This document shows positions 27,270 through 42,709 of a DNA stretch of 64,000 bases, one piece after another (position 1 is the stretch's first letter; each line of letters opens with the position of its first letter). The notes under the pieces were generated by a model, which ran no database searches, had not been told where the DNA came from, and saw nothing but the letters and a program-made list of their open reading frames with translations. Source of the stretch: Eledone cirrhosa (Eukaryota); the NCBI GenBank assembly GCA_964016885.1, contig OZ024746.1:23994001-24058000 (forward strand). Reading direction: 5' to 3'. The translations under genes and the position numbers were made by a program.

Positions 27270-28439
27270 TAGTTTATATTTCATAATGGGGACAATATAG
27301 AGTTGAAATAACCAAAAATGTAGAACTTTGCATCAAACTTGTAAATAAAAAAAGCAATATAAAAAGTTAGTTTACATTCTATTTATTTATAATTATATTT
27401 TCCTGATAAATGTAATTACTTTTCTTTGTATCCAAAAAATGTTTTTATTGTAACCTTATTAAATTTTACCTCGTTCACTGTGACCTTCAAATATATAAAT
27501 ATATATATATAGTTACCTGCTCCTGGAATAGCTAGCTCTGGAAAAGGTTATCTGATCCTGGGTTAGTCATGGTAAAGGTTCTCTGTTCCTTGGATAGATA
27601 GTTCTGGAAAAGATTCCCTGCTCTTGGGATATATAATCTTGGAAAAGGTTCCCTTCTCTAGGGACAGTCTTAGAATAGGTTCTCCACTCTCCTGGGATAG
27701 TCTTCTTTTTATCAATTTAATCAGAACAGTAAGCCTAGTTCCTGTGATCCTTTCTCAGAACCTTTGACCCTTATTATGAGGGAGAGAAGGAGGGGCTATT
27801 TTAAAACCAAAGGCGTAACCCTAATATACAACAGAGTAAATTCTGTTAAAGACACTCAAGGGTCAGTTAGTGGTTGTTAAACTGGATGATGGATTAAATC
27901 TGAGGACCAAGTAGGCCACAATGAGATTAGAACCCAGAATGCAAAGGGCTGGGAGAAAAACCTCAAGCTATTTCATTCAACACTACCAATTATGCCACTA
28001 CATTCCACTACCCTGAAATAATACTTTACTTTATCCTCCTCCCCTTCAATGATAAAAGATATAGTTTACCTCTGTAGGATTTGAACTTAGAACACTATAT
28101 CTCAAACACCAGCTTCATAATGGTTTCTAATTTAGGCACAAGGCCAACAATTTAGGGGGAAGGGAAAGTCAATTATATTGATCCCAGTACTTGACTGGTA
28201 ATTTAGAGAAAGTTACTTATATGATAAAATCCCTTCAAGTTCTTTATTTTCAAAATTATTTAAATATCGTTGGTCTTTTCATTAGAAATATAGTAATGAA
28301 AGGATTAAGTGTCAATTTGAGCCATAGCTTAGACACCCTTGTGTGAGCCAGTATTATAAGGACAAATGTCTATTGTGTGTATTACATATTGCAAACTTAT
28401 ATCAAATATATGATTTCTTCAATATATATATTTTCTTAG

Positions 28440-28577
28440 GTGCTGGTGTGTCTGAAGCAATATTAGCTGTTACTCCGATGGAAACTGTTAAAGTAAAATT
28501 CATCAACGACCAGACTTCAGCCAATCCAAAGTTCAAAGGCTTCTTCCATGGAGTAAGTCAAATTATCAAAGAGAAAG
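28440..28577 (+). CDS. SLC25A1: Citrate carrier exon
   Basis: ttag| acceptor and G|gtattt donor. [46 protein letters not shown], with motif PMETVK. Confidence 0.95.
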
Positions 28578-29688
28578 GTATTTTGAATATTTTCTTTTGT
28601 TCTATTACTGGTTTCACTTTTTAGACTGCAGCCATGCTGTGGCACTGCTGTAAAGGAATTTAGTTGATCATATCAGTCCCAATGTCTTGATCTTAGATGG
28701 TTTGTTGAAAAGGAGTTGATAGTCAGATCAGACCAAGGAAACTATGTTTCCATTGGTCTTTGCATTGCTGATACTATCTGCTAGTTTAAACTCTTGGTAG
28801 AAGAAGCAATGGGAAATAAAGTATCTTGCTGAAGAACAGAATGCACCACCTTATCTGGGAACCAAACCCATGACCTTGTGGTTGTGAGACAAACACCCTA
28901 ACCAAAAACTCATATATTTACTTTCTATCTACTTCATAATGTCAAAATTTTCATTATATCTCTGAGATTTGATCTCCAATGCAATTCCTGTGTTTTAAAT
29001 GGACTTAACTGGCTCTTCTGCAATGTAGCCACTTCAGTTTCAACACAGTATCTCAAATGAAATCACTTGCCAAACTAGAACTTCTTGTCATTATTTTCTT
29101 GTGAAAATTATCTTAACACTTCTATGATCATATTTGTAATGAAATACACTCTAACTCAATTAGTTAATGAAGAATTATTAATTATTTCATAACTAAGATA
29201 GTAATTTAACATATGGTTCTTATATAAGGTGCATGGGTTAGTGGTTAAAGCATTGGGTTTGCAATCATAATTCCCGTACTATAGAATGCATTGTGACCTT
29301 TAGCAAGACACTTTATTTCACATTGTTCCAGTTCACTCAGATGTAAAAATGAGTTGCAACATCACTGGTGCCAAGCTGTATCAGCCATTGCCTTTCCCTT
29401 GGACAACATCAGTGGTGTGGAGAGGGGAGACCGTTATGCATGGGCAACTACTGGTCTTCCATAAACAACCTTGCCCAGACTTGCTCTTTGGAGGTGAACT
29501 TTCTAGGTGAAAATCCCATTGTCATTTGTAACCGAGGGGTTTTCTTATATAAAATTATGTTGGAAGATTTTAATTTAAGTATGAGTAGTTTTTGTTTCAT
29601 AGAACCAGAGCTTACTTTGGCTGGGTTGATTTGAATAGGGTTAAATGCTATCTGTACAACTATGTTCCATAAAGTAATTTTCTTACAG

Positions 29689-29909
29689 GAATCCGTGGAG
29701 TATATCAAGGTTTGACACCAACTATTCTGAAGCAGGGCTCTAACCAAGCAATGAGATTCTTTGTCGTGGAAACTCTTAAGGACAAATACAGAGATGGGGA
29801 TCCAAATGTGAAAGTTCCTACTCTACTTACTGGACTTTTTGGAGCAATTGCTGGTGCTGTGTCAGTTTTTGGTAATACACCTATTGATGTCATAAAGACA
29901 CGAATGCAG
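29689..29909 (+). CDS. SLC25A1: Citrate carrier exon
   Basis: acag| acceptor and CAG|gttagt donor. GIRGVYQGLTPTILKQGSNQAMRFFV...GAIAGAVSVFGNTPIDVIKTRMQ. Confidence 0.96.
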
Positions 29910-31368
29910 GTTAGTTTTCAGCATTATTCCTATAAATCTTTACTCGTTTTTATTATTATTTAAACATCTGCCAGGTAACAAATTGGCAGAGCTGTCAAGG
30001 CATCAGAAAGAATGCTTTGGAGTATTCATTTCGGTCTCTGCACTTTGAATTCAAATCCCTGTTAACAGGTCTAAGTTAACAGTTACAGGCCAGATATAAA
30101 ATGCCCCCCTCCCTGCTAGTAACAGTCTCAGACCAGATGTAAAATGTGCCCCCCCCCCCTCCCCTCCAAACAAGTTATAGTCCCAGGCCTGATGTAAGAT
30201 GCAGGCCCTCATTTCCAACTATTCATTAAGTATTTCAATAATTGGTGCAAAATACATGTGATTTATGTATGTGTTACATGTATATACATGTGTATACATG
30301 TAGTGTATATGATTTATTTACATGTAACAGAACAAAATGAAATTAACTAAAACTTGAGGCAAGTAGGCCTGTTGAAAATTGTAGGACCATATCAAATAGC
30401 CTCTCTGAACCCCATAACTCTCTTATCTGGCTTGTGTGCATGCATATTTATAATTGTATTTCAATAACAAGCTATCTGTTTCTCTGTTGTTCCTTCTTTC
30501 CATTCTTCCTCTATCTGTCCTTCCATACTTAGCCCGCTGTCCTTCTTTCCCTCCATCCATCCTTCTTCCCATCTGTCCTTCCCTCTGTTTATCTGTCCTG
30601 GTGACCTCAGTTTCTAGACTGCCATAGGGTAGAAGAAGGTGATTAAATCGATCTCTGCATTATTGGTATTTTATTTTATCGAACCCTTAAGGATGAAAGG
30701 CAAAGCTAACCTTGGTGGAATTTGACACTGTTTTGTCATTGTTAGCAGTTTACCTTACTAAAGGGTCAGGTGATGTTTTCGACTGTACTTGGTTATTCCA
30801 ACCTCAGCCTCGCTATCATTTGCGGTAATGTCGTAAGTGTTTTGGTTTGCCTAAAAAGTTGTTTAAAGGGCAACACCAGTATTTCCTGGGGTAGTTTGTA
30901 ATTGAGTGTACATATCTTCTCTCATTTGTTTTTCTTTCTGATTCTCTCTTTTTTTTATTGATTTGTTTCTTTTACAAATCATAACCACACCTTTATTTCT
31001 TCTTTATTGATTTCTCCTGTCAATAATATTCACTTAAATTTATTTACTACAGTAACAGAATATTTTACTGGAGTGGATGTCATTGACTAAAACTCCTTTC
31101 TTCAGTGATGGTCCAGTGACTGAAGCCAGTAAAAGAATAGAAGACTAGTTGCTAATCCAAACATTTAACTCTTAACCATCTGTAATAATTTAGCAGAAAA
31201 TATCTAAAACCAAACTTTAATTTCTAACTTGATGCAGCCATTGTGCGGTTTTGTATTTTCTAAAACAAAATGTCTTTGTAATGCAGTTTCATGTGGTACA
31301 GGATATTAAAAGTTAATTACATCTTGGTTATTAGAATATTTTATAAAATATATTTGTCTACTTTGCAG

Positions 31369-31442
31369 GGTCTAGATGCTCACAAATACAAGAATACCAT
31401 CGACTGTGTGGCGAAAGTGATGAAGTATGAAGGGCCAAAGGC
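31369..31442 (+). CDS. SLC25A1: Citrate carrier exon (74 bp)
   Basis: gcag| acceptor and GC|gtaagt donor. GLDAHKYKNTIDCVAKVMKYEGPKA. Confidence 0.94.
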
Positions 31443-32160
31443 GTAAGTTCAACCTTTATATTTTATCTGGTGGGGGAATATGTATGGATAAGAAGGAGCT
31501 GTCACAGAAAAATGTGTGAAAAGATATTTCTGTTGGATAGACTTGTTCTTCTATGTGAGTAGATATCTGTATAGAAAATAGATGTAAAACAATGATGACA
31601 ATGATGGCAAACATTGGTAGCATAAAGAGGGGAGACTGGCATGCTTGGGCAGCTGCTGGTCTTTCCAAAAACACCTGGGAGAGGAACTTTCCAGGTACAA
31701 ATCCATGACTAAATTTCTTATATAGAATTATGATAATTATGATGGAAGGTTTTTAGATAAATCTATCAGGATAAAAAGGTGCGTAGCCCACACTGTAAAG
31801 TGGTTGTTTTGGTGCCACGATAAAAAGCACCCAATCATCACTGTAAAGTGGTTGTTTTGGTGCTACAATAAAGTGCATCCAGTCACCAGTGTAAACTGAT
31901 CGTTATAAAATATGCAAACACATACTGACTCAAGAGTTTCACGAAACCCATGCCAGCATGGAAAAAAATAAATACATATGAAAGATGGTGTGATGATGAT
32001 GTTGATAATGGTAATAGTGATGGTAATGTTGGTGGTGATGATGATGTTGATGATAATAATGATCTTGGCAATATTCATGATGGTGATAGTGATGTTGGTG
32101 ATTGTGATGATCCCATTGTTGTTTATTTGCTCACTTTTGTTATTGTTGTTGTTGTTATAG

Positions 32161-32272
32161 ATTCTACAAAGGAACCGTTCCACGCCTGAGTCGTGTGTGT
32201 CTTGATGTAGCCATCACGTTCATGATCTACGACAGCTTCATGAGTTTATTTAACAAAATCTGGGTAACGTAA
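32161..32272 (+). CDS. SLC25A1: Citrate carrier terminal coding exon
   Basis: atag| acceptor. [36 protein letters not shown]-stop. The six exons total 842 nt and join in frame (about 280 aa, N-terminus missing). Confidence 0.94.
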
Positions 32273-32314
32273 TTCTTGTCTACATTGCCCCAAAGACAAC
32301 AACAACGACCACTG

Positions 32315-32362
<48 letters not shown>

Positions 32363-33140
32363 CATATATATGTATCAACTACTGCTTATATATATATATA
32401 TATATATCAACTACTGCTATACCCTTGGACTTGATCTCCCTTTCTGCATCCCATGTCTTCAACTCAACAAATTCCTGTGTTTTTCGTGTTTTTTTTTATC
32501 TTTCTTTTTTAAGAGACAAACTGCTTGGTTATTATTATTATTGGCGATTGGCAGTATCATTAGAGTGTTGGACACCATGCTTTGTGGCATAGAGTTATGG
32601 CCCTTTACATTCTGATTTCAAATACCGCTGAGGTTAACTTTGCCTTTCATCCTTACAGGGTTGATAAAATGAAGTACCAGTAATGCACTGGGGTCGATCT
32701 AATCGACTTTCCCTTTCTCCAAAGATTGCTGGCCTTGTGCCTAAATCAGAAACCATTATTATTATTATCGCCATCAGGGTGGTGGGTTGGCAGAATGATG
32801 AGAACACTGGACAAATGCTTTACAGTTATGTTTTGGCTTTTTACGTTCTGTGTTCAAATCCCACAGTGGTCATCTTTGCCTTTCATCCTCCTGAGGTCAA
32901 TAAAATAAAGTGCCAGTCCAGTACTGGGTAGGGTCAATGAAATTGACTTTTCCCTTACACCCAAATTGCTGGCCTTGTGCCAAATGTAGAAATAATTATT
33001 ATTATTTCTTTATTGGTCACAAGGGCCAAAATAAGGACAATACAAAACAGAGACAGTAGAGGTTAAAATAAAATTGAGTAAAAAAGATAACAAAATACAT
33101 AATAATAATAATAATTGATATTATTATTATTATTATCTGC

Positions 33141-33175
<35 letters not shown>

Positions 33176-36100
33176 CTAATAACCTGAACTTATTTTTATT
33201 TCATATAAGAACTTACATTGAAAATTCTGTTTTAAGGAAATAACATGAATTAGTTCAAAAGCTATTACTTTTTTTTTATTTTACCATCGGTTCCACTCAT
33301 TAGACTGTGACCATGCTGGGGCACCACAAATCATTGAATTGGATTAAGATAAAATTATTTGATCACTTAAAGTCATTCTATACTCTTCCCATAACATACA
33401 TACATCCATCCTTGTATGTTATGTATATGGACCAACCTCTGTGTGGCTGCTAATTATGCTAGAAATAATAGCCAAATCTTCCTAAATTCATGCTCTTCAA
33501 AAAAAGAGGGACACATTTGGACGATGTTGTCCTAGATAAATAAAACTGGCAGGATGGTCATGACTGGAGTATCTCTAACCATAGGACTACTTCATCAGGA
33601 CTGACATTAGGTTAAACAACATGCACCCCCATTCCATCCCCAATACCCCACACTTAATTCATGATGTTCTATGATTTGAATTGAAGAAATTCAGTTTAAA
33701 AATTTGGAGATGTATATGACATGCATTTGTATTATATATATATAGATATAAGGCTTGCTTTTCATTCATTCAACAAAACACTTTCTCCAAATCCTATTTT
33801 TGGAGCTGGAAGTTACACATATATTAAGTTGGTTTTCTTCCATATCTGATATATTTGCTGTTTATTTAAACTGCTGTCATTTATCTGCTGGATAAACTTG
33901 TTTTTAATTAACTAAATTGAAACACTGAATTATATATTAAAGGATACTTTCATAGTTTTCAGTTTCCAATGTTGGTTCCCGTTGAAATTAATTTCACTTT
34001 ATTTTTCAAAATTTTTATTTAAAAACATTTTTTTGTAGGAAAGCAATTTGATTTGAGGTCTATTTGCTCAAAATAGCCGGTTAGTTTTGGTGTTAGGGAC
34101 CTCAAAGATCCTATGACAACTGGGGTTATTTTGATATTTAGCATTGACCCTGTTCATACAGTACTGGCTTTCAAGTCGGTATATATTTCATTATTATTAT
34201 CGGGGATTGGCAGTATCAGTAGAAGGTCGGACGCCATGCTTTCCAGCATAGTTACGTCCCTTTACGGTCTGAGTTCAAATCCTGCCAAGGTTAACTTTGC
34301 TTTTCATCCGTACGGAGTCGATAAAATAAAGTACCAGTAATGCACTGGGTAATTGCTGGCCTTGTGCCAAAAGTAGAAACAATTATTATTATTATCATCA
34401 TCATAGAGCCATGGATGGATAGTATTGGTAGAATGTCGGACAATATGCTTTGCAGGATATAGTTAATGTCCCTTTACATTTTGAGTTCAAATCCCGCTGA
34501 GGTTAGCTTTGCCTTTTCATCCTTTCACGGTTAAAATAAAGTACTAGTAATGCACTAGGGTTGATTTAATTGACTTTCCCCCTTCCCTTCAAATAGCTGA
34601 TCTTGTGTCAACAGTAGAAATAATTACTATCATCATCATATTATCTCAAATTAGGTGATTTATCAATCTGTTTATAGATGTGATGTTGAATTTGAGATAA
34701 CAAGAAGTGGTGGCTTTAATCTTATTTCATTTCTTTTTCTTTTTTATTGTCATTTATTAAGAAAAAAAAATTGAAATTTCTCCAATCTATTTTACTGTGT
34801 TTCTCACTCATGTCTTTTAAACCCAAACAATGACTTTTTTGACTGTAGGTTAATTGTCAAAAACAATAGGAGAGCATTACAGTTTTTTGGCTGAATATCA
34901 CCCCCTCCCCTCTAGTATTTTTGACTGTGTTATTGATCTAGTAGTGCGCTGAGTTTTAACCCTGTCATTGCTATAATTCTAATGAAATGCATTCTATTTC
35001 AATTAATTAAGAATTTTGAGGGATTTATTAAGATTATCATATGGTTCTTATATAAAATTAATTTAAAATAGGAACACTTTGAAATTTGCTAGCTTTGTTT
35101 CATAGAACGAGAGGCAGTTTAAACCAGACTAGTATCAAATGGGTTAAGGACATAAACCTTAAATTAAATCTCATCATGACATCAGAGAAATATCTAATCT
35201 AATAATGAGAAAGACAAAATTATGAAAAGACAATGTCTCGATTTTTTTTCCCTTTTTTAAAATTATTTTTTTTTTTATTTATTATTTTTTTTATTTCATG
35301 CATTGGGAATTATTTGTTAAGCTTTTATTCAGCTCAGTTTTGATTAAAAGCTTTTATTGATTTCATGAAAAAATACTATTAAATGTGTTGATAAAATTAA
35401 AAAAAAATTTTTTTTCAAACTTTAAAATTCAAGGTTTATATATATTTTCCTATTCTATTTGCTACAATTTATCATTATATTGATTTATTGTTAATCATTT
35501 CAATTTTGTTTAATGAATCTAATTTTTTTCCAATCTTGATTGGGACTAATTTTTGTAACATTTTATTTCAAATTCTTCTTTGAGTGAAGATTTTGATTGG
35601 AGTTTAAAGGGAGAATGGACATGAAAGTAGAAACTAAAGTTATTTATATATTGAGGTTTGTGTTATTGTCAAGTGAATTTTCTAGTGGGTAGTATGAAGA
35701 AATGTGAAGAAAATGTTTAAAACGTTTGTGAGATGTAAGCAGAAAAAACTGTATATTATTTAGCTAATGTAATAGCTGGCCAGTGAATTTTCTTCTCATA
35801 ATTTCTGACATGTATAAAACAGTGAAGAAAATGAAAACTGGTACAAATGTAGCAGTGTCCACCCAAACTGCTATTTCCATTATACCTAATATTACCTAGA
35901 ACATTAAACTTTAGGTAATGTTGGCCTATGTGTTATATGTGATATATGATCCACATTCCATAAATGAAAGTTTTTTATTTTTTTTATTTTTATTAAGCTA
36001 AGAAACTAAACTAACTTGAATAAATCTCTTTAAATATTTCAGTGACTATTAATAATCAGTGAATTTTCAAATTTAAAAGGTATTTTTAAAAGTTATATAA

Positions 36101-38353
36101 ACAATTAAATGCTTAAGATTGAAATTATTAGTGTTTTGCTTTTTACAAAGGCTACTAGCTATATTATAAAAAATAGTTCAATAAAATTGAGGACATAACC
36201 CAACGATGCAAAAAAAAAAAAATGGTTAGAATGATCTACAATGGAGCAAACCAAGGCTCTGCTGCATGCCAGAAGGCCATTTTACCATTACAATTCCCAC
36301 AAGTAATTCTAACCAATTCTTCCATCTCAAAGGGTTATATATGCCTGATGTTATTTAACTATTTTGTATTGAGTTGTAGTAACCTTTGCAAAAAGCAAAA
36401 CGCATTTTTTAAATCAATTTTCACTTAACCCTTTTGTGATCATATTTCTAACATTGTGTTTTAATTATCAAAATAATCAAGAATTATGAGAGAATATTTA
36501 GTGAAATAACTAACTTCTAACTTAATAATAATAATAGACAAATATTTAACTATTGAAATAATGAGATTTCAGTTCTAGGTCTGAATTGAAATTTTGAAAT
36601 TTTAATAGAGGCAGTTTTGAATAGGTTGTTTAAAAAGTCAACAAATTTTCACAATTTTTATATTTTAAAATTCACTTTTTATTATGTTTATTTTACAAAA
36701 TTTAATTCGTTCCTCTAATATCTTAAAATATTTTCCTAATCTTAATTTTGATACTATCTCAGATTATGTTTCTATCTCTCATAAACACTGAGGATGAAAA
36801 TAAAAAATGTTATACATTTTTCTTCAGTTAAGTTTGTTTTCACTTTCCTCCTACATTATCAGTTGTATCTATCTTGGGAGGAAGTTCTCCACCAAAGCCA
36901 CCCATTTACTGTAAGTTGGAATATTTTATAAAGCCTTGGCTGTAATTAGCATAGAATTAAAGACAGTAGGCAAAATATTGGTCTGTCTTTTTATATCCAC
37001 TTCAACAGGAGAGCAACTCTTGAAATTGAACCTTTGGAGTTACTTCCCTTACAGCAAGTCAACAAAATAGAGCATTACAGTAAGGTAACTATAAAATTTC
37101 ATGAGAAGCATTGTACCTTATGGAGCAGAGTATTAACCCTTTTATCATATTTCTAATGAAAGGAACTGCCAATTTGAAATCATTTTGAAAATAATTTAGT
37201 GATGTAGATAACTTTCTCATTGAACATGACAAAAGCCTTTACATAAAATTATCATTGAGGCTTTTTAGATAAATATAAACGGTTTACTCCTTTTCTTACT
37301 ATATTTCTAATGAAAGACACTGCCTATGATTTTCAAATTTTGAAAATAATCATGAATTTCGAGAGATTTTGAAATATAACTTAATGATTTTTATATAAAA
37401 CTATTCAGCTCTGTATAATGAAACAAAAGGCAGTATCAGGTAGCTTGGTATCAAAAAGGTTAAAAACACCTCATTTGTTCCAACAATTGTGATAGTTACT
37501 ACTTCTACTGTAAAGCAGTTATATGATCAACAATAGAAATCTGCTCTCTATTTTGCTGTAGATTTTGTGGAGTAAACCCTGAGATTCTGTTGTGGGTGCT
37601 GCCATCTATACCACAGTTCAAAGTTTAACCACCAGAAACAAATGTAGGCTATTCATGTTTCTGGTAGCAGAAATAGAATTTTGTAAGAGTAGGAGCACTT
37701 GATTTGTACATTTAAGGCAGTGGGCTGGTGAAATTATTAGTACCTTGTGGTGTTCATTCTAGCCCTTAACGTTCTGAGTTTAAATCCCACTGAGGTCAAT
37801 TTTGTCTTTTCATCCTTTTGGGAGGTAATAAATGAAGGACCAGTGTAATGTGGTGCACTGTTGGAACTTTTAGATTACCAGGTGGAATGTCCTCTGGTAT
37901 CTATTCTGACCCTTCTTGTTCTGTGTTCAAATCTTGTTGTAACCTACCAGCCACCATGGAAGGTATAGAAGCCCCACCATGTACACATCCATAGTTAACC
38001 ATGGATTACATTAGGGTGCTCCTTGGTGTTGAACGTACTGAAGACAGACATGTGATGAAGATTAGAAATATCCCATAACATTTGAACATCCCTAGATTTA
38101 GTTACTACTGCTGGTAAATTTTCTTTTTCCATTAATAAGGTTAATTTTCCTCCTCAGAAAGACAATTTTTCTTTTTTTTTTTTTTTTTTCCATTGATGGA
38201 ATCGTTTTTCATCACCAGATTTTAATGAACATTCAAAAGCAATAACAGGAACTTCTCCACTCGTTAAAACATTTTGTGGCTTATTGAAATTGTCAAGAAA
38301 TAGAATCCTATAGTTTTTAGAAAGTCTTTAGAATTGGTCTTCTTCGTGTAGAA

Positions 38354-38623
38354 CAGGGGATCAGCAACAGGTGGTCCATCGAGGGGATTTCTGTAGGCCA
38401 CAGATTTTCAAATTTGTGTATGTAAAATATCATATAATTTTCATGTTGGTCATTGAGGTGTTCTCTGTGGGCCTCAGGCCTTTTAAATTTGTATGTGTAA
38501 GAAATGATACACAATGTGGGCCATTGTGGTCTTCTCTGTAGCTTAGTTTTGGATCTTTTCAAATGTTTATATATATATATGATATACATGTGGGTCATTA
38601 CAAACAGAAGTTGCTGATCTCTG
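38354..38623. mobile_element. Old hAT (Charlie-like) MITE
   Basis: Termini caggggatcagcaac / gttgctgatctctg. The flanking 8-mers match only partly (gtgtagaa / tagtagag). Confidence 0.55.
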
Positions 38624-40468
38624 TAGTAGAGTATATAATTGGTGTATATAGACATTATACATACTGTCAGTAGAAGTGGCATCTCTTTAAACTACTGAGT
38701 AATAATGCTCATGATTTCCCATATTTTAGAAATTAATCTTTTAGTGACCATATTTCTAATGAAATACACAATATCAATAAATAAATGAAGAGTTTTGAGG
38801 GATTTAACTAAAATTATCATTTCATTACTAAGATAGTAACTTAACCTATTCTTCTTTTATAAAATTATTTTAATTCAAATAGGAATCTTTTAAAATGGGT
38901 GGTTTTATTTCCTAGAACTAGAGCCAATTTTGGTCATATTTGTATTAAAAGGATTACAGGCGAGGGAAATGTTTATTTCAAGGTAGTTTAGTTTATGCTT
39001 ACAGTAACTCGGATTGATAAAAAAATTCTATATAATTCTTGATTACTAAAGACAATCACTTTTTTAATTTAAATTTTCATTTGATATCAATGAGTTATCC
39101 CAAACAAAATTAGATCTAAAGTCCTTTTTAGAAGCAAACATGTGTGTGAATGCCATCCATTCAGCTTAACTATAATAATAATAATAATAATAAAATATTC
39201 AGAACTTTTAAGGATAATTGATAATTTAGTGTTCTTCACCAAATCAGTTAAAAATCATTTTACAATTGAGTTAAATAATATTTTAATTAGAAAATTAAGA
39301 TATAAATTAACTTACAACAGTACTATATATATATATATAGTACTCTTGAAAGTTAATTTATATTTTAATATTTGTGGGTAAAATTATATTTTTCTTTTAA
39401 AATGTATTTTTGCTTTCAATGCTTACTTTTAATATGCTATACATAATTACATCTAATTATAATTTGTATAAATGAAGCTCTGCATAATATAGCTTTTAAC
39501 CTGTATTTGTATTGAGCTCTTTCTCATGGTTTAATGTGACAAATCTTATTTTAGTCTATATATATATATATAGTAGAAGATACTAAGCTTATTGTATGCA
39601 TATTAACTGTAACACTTAATTATCAACTATCCTAATCCATCCTTACACTTATCAGATTCAACAGGTTGTGTGGCTTCATAACAACATTGATTAAACTGTC
39701 ATGTTGGTATTGATATCAACCAAATTCTGTTATTTAAAGCAATAATATTTCTTTTGAAAATCTGTGATTAATGGTTGTCTAAATGTAAACAATGAGTATT
39801 CAAAATCATTTTTGTTTCACTTTTTTTTTTGCATTTGGGTTTTAAATACCATCTTGTTATATTGACTCTAGAAATTATTCATTTTATCAAACTTTGAAAA
39901 ATTATATGATAAATTTTTCAGTCAGTTTTTCCTTGTTTCTTTTACAAGAAATTCTGTAACATTGGGACCATATTTTTATCAACTTTACTTGGTAAAAATG
40001 ACTAGTTTAAGAGATACAATTTACTTACTATAGTTTAAGAGTCTAACTTGTAGATGTCATTACAGTTCATATATATACACACACATAGAGAGTAAGAGAT
40101 CCATACATATGATTTTCAGAGTTAAACAGACTATAAAATGTGTGTATAAATATGTAGACATGCAAGCATGTTAAATTTATATATTTCCCTGTAAATTGAG
40201 AATATGATGAAGTGATGATGATGATTTTCAATCTACTGGGAAATGTGTATATTTAGTTACACATTGACATTCTTGGCTAACTTTGTACTCTATATACTTC
40301 TGAAGATAGAGATAACTTCACTTATCTCTTCAGGGTTTTGTTTCACCTAGATTTCATTTGGGCTTATTTATGATCAAATAGAACAATTTCTGAGAAAATA
40401 CAACATAGCTAACTAAATATCCTTTCATTTACTATTATTATTATTATATTATTCTGATTGTTTAGAAG

Positions 40469-40509
<41 letters not shown>

Positions 40510-41481
40510 CACTGTACCTGTATCTCTTGTTTTTAGTAAAGAAAATTCACCAAAAATAAAGCAAAAAGTGAATGTACTGTTGTTACATATTTGACAAGTG
40601 ATGCATTGATGTGTATGCATACTTCAATGTTTATAGAATTTAATGAAAAGATGAAGAATAAAGTATATTTATATGAAGATCATTTTGTTCTGATTTATTT
40701 TTTTTCCCATATTTCCGGGCATGGGAGATGCTGTTATTTTCCAAAATTTTGTCTGATACTATAACATTTAGCCTCTAAATTGTAAGTGCAAGTTTGATTT
40801 TCATGTTAAACCTTTTATTTTTTTTGTCTTAGAAATTTAGCAACTCAAAACAGGTGCATCCATAACATCAAGCATATCTATTGGTTTCATCTGTCCAAGT
40901 TCTCTTTAATAATAGGACTAATAATCCCTAAAATGCTCGGTTAGCATAGAAATACAACCCTTTACCTTCTGAGATCAAATTCTGCGCACTGTACACAATA
41001 ATTTAATTATTATTTTAATGCCTATCCCATTGTCATTTCCTATCAAGAAAAGTTTATTTATGTTGAGTGTTCTGGCTGAGTCCCCCCTCCCTCCCCTCTC
41101 ATTTTACCTCTTATACACACCATACATCTACTTCTCTTTAACAGTTCCACAATTTCACCTTTCAGGGTGCCAACATTGAATGGCAGTCCTGAGATGTATA
41201 ACTTTGGAGTGGTTATTTCCCAAAGTAGCAGCTCTTTGCACTCAGTAAGGAAAAAGGCTGTGCGATTTCTTGATGATACTCTAGCCTCACCACTAACATG
41301 ACTATTGGTAGCCCTGATACAATGTGAAAAAAATATGGAAACAGTATCAATACAATATCAAAACTATATTGAAATATTGATACAATATCAATATATAAAT
41401 ATTTGGTAAAGACCCCTTTTGGTCATGAATAAACAAGGGATTTGCATCTACATAGTTCCCAGTCTGGGCGAGGTTCTTTAT

Positions 41482-42709
41482 AATAATAATAATAATGAAA
41501 TTATTGTGTACAGTGCTCAGGTGCACTACAACTCATCAAAGGTGCATGTATAGTACATAGAATAATGTACAAATGTCAGGAAAATGAACAGTGTATGAGT
41601 CATATAATAATAATAACAATAATGAAATATTGTGTACAGTGCCCAGGTGCACCACAACTCATCAAAAAAGTGCATGTACAGTGCATAGGGCAATGCACAA
41701 ACATCAGTAAAATGAACAGTGCACGAGTCATGATACACACATGTGTGCATGTGTATGGAAGGGGTACATCAAGTGTAGTTTTGGCATATTTCGGGAAGCA
41801 TGAGTGTCTTAAAGGATGCAGTGTCTCGGCAGCTAACAACTGACGCAGGCAGTTTGTTCCATGCTTCAGCAACTCTGAGCGTGAAAAAATGTCTACGAAA
41901 GTCATGGGAGCTGTGCTGTTTTCTGATCTTGTAGGCATGTCCACGTGTGTTAGACACATGGAGATCAAAGAGGCGCTCAGGGTTGCAATTGGCGAGATGG
42001 TTAAAAACTTTGTGGGTATTCACCAAGTCCATTGCCAGACGTCGGAGCTTCAATGAATCTATGTCCAGGGAAGCAAGGCGTTCAGAGTATGGTAGGTGTC
42101 TGATGGAGGGTATGCGCTTGGTTGCACGTCTCTGAACAGTTTCCAGGAGGTCAATGTTCTGAGCAAGATAGGGGTTCCAGACTGATGATGCGAATTCTAA
42201 GTGTGGTCGTACCATAGCTGTATACAGTTTTAAATAGATGGCTGGAGAGCGGCTAACAAAGGTCTTGCTGAGTGATGCCAAGACACCCTCGGCCTTCTTG
42301 ACAATCTTAGAGACATGCTTTGTCCAACGCAAATCGTTGCTGACAGTAATGCCCAGGTCACGTTCACAAGAGGACTTTTTGATATCAGTGTTGTGGAGGG
42401 AGTATGTGGACGCTGGATTTTTCCTTCCAAAATGCATGGTGGTACACTTGTCCACAGCCAGCTTCAGTTGCCAGTCTGTGATCCATTGCTGCATTGTGTC
42501 CAGGTCTGATTGTAGGAAAGAGTTGTAAATTTCAGGATCAGTCCTTTTGATTTCAAGGTACAGCTTGATGTCATCTGCATATTTCAGTACCGTGGCATTC
42601 TGTAAGTTGGCATCTATGTCATTAATATATGCCACAAACAAAAGAGGACCAAGAACAGATCCCCGTGGTACACCAGATGACATCTCATATGGTGAAGAAT
42701 GCTGTCCTA
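41482..42709 (-). mobile_element. 5'-truncated CR1-group LINE with open RT/C-terminal ORF fragment (41769-42709)
   Basis: SGVPRGSVLGPLLF..YINDI, YADDIKL, ERDLGI, RPHLEFASSVWNP, VQRRATK, TRGH..K, FFTLRV..AWNKLP. 3' UTR internally duplicated, ending in (ATT)n. Confidence 0.93.

Noticed and set aside
32261-32272. Alternative donor TGG|gtaacg before the SLC25A1 stop
   Set aside because: The in-frame stop two codons later gives the expected NKxW-xx C-terminal length, and no downstream exon was found.
38317-38682. 121-aa minus-strand ORF
   Set aside because: Spans a degenerate MITE and TA repeats; no protein motif.
40299-40333. CTGAAGA followed by a hairpin
   Set aside because: Small stem-loop lacking the GAAA half of the hammerhead core.
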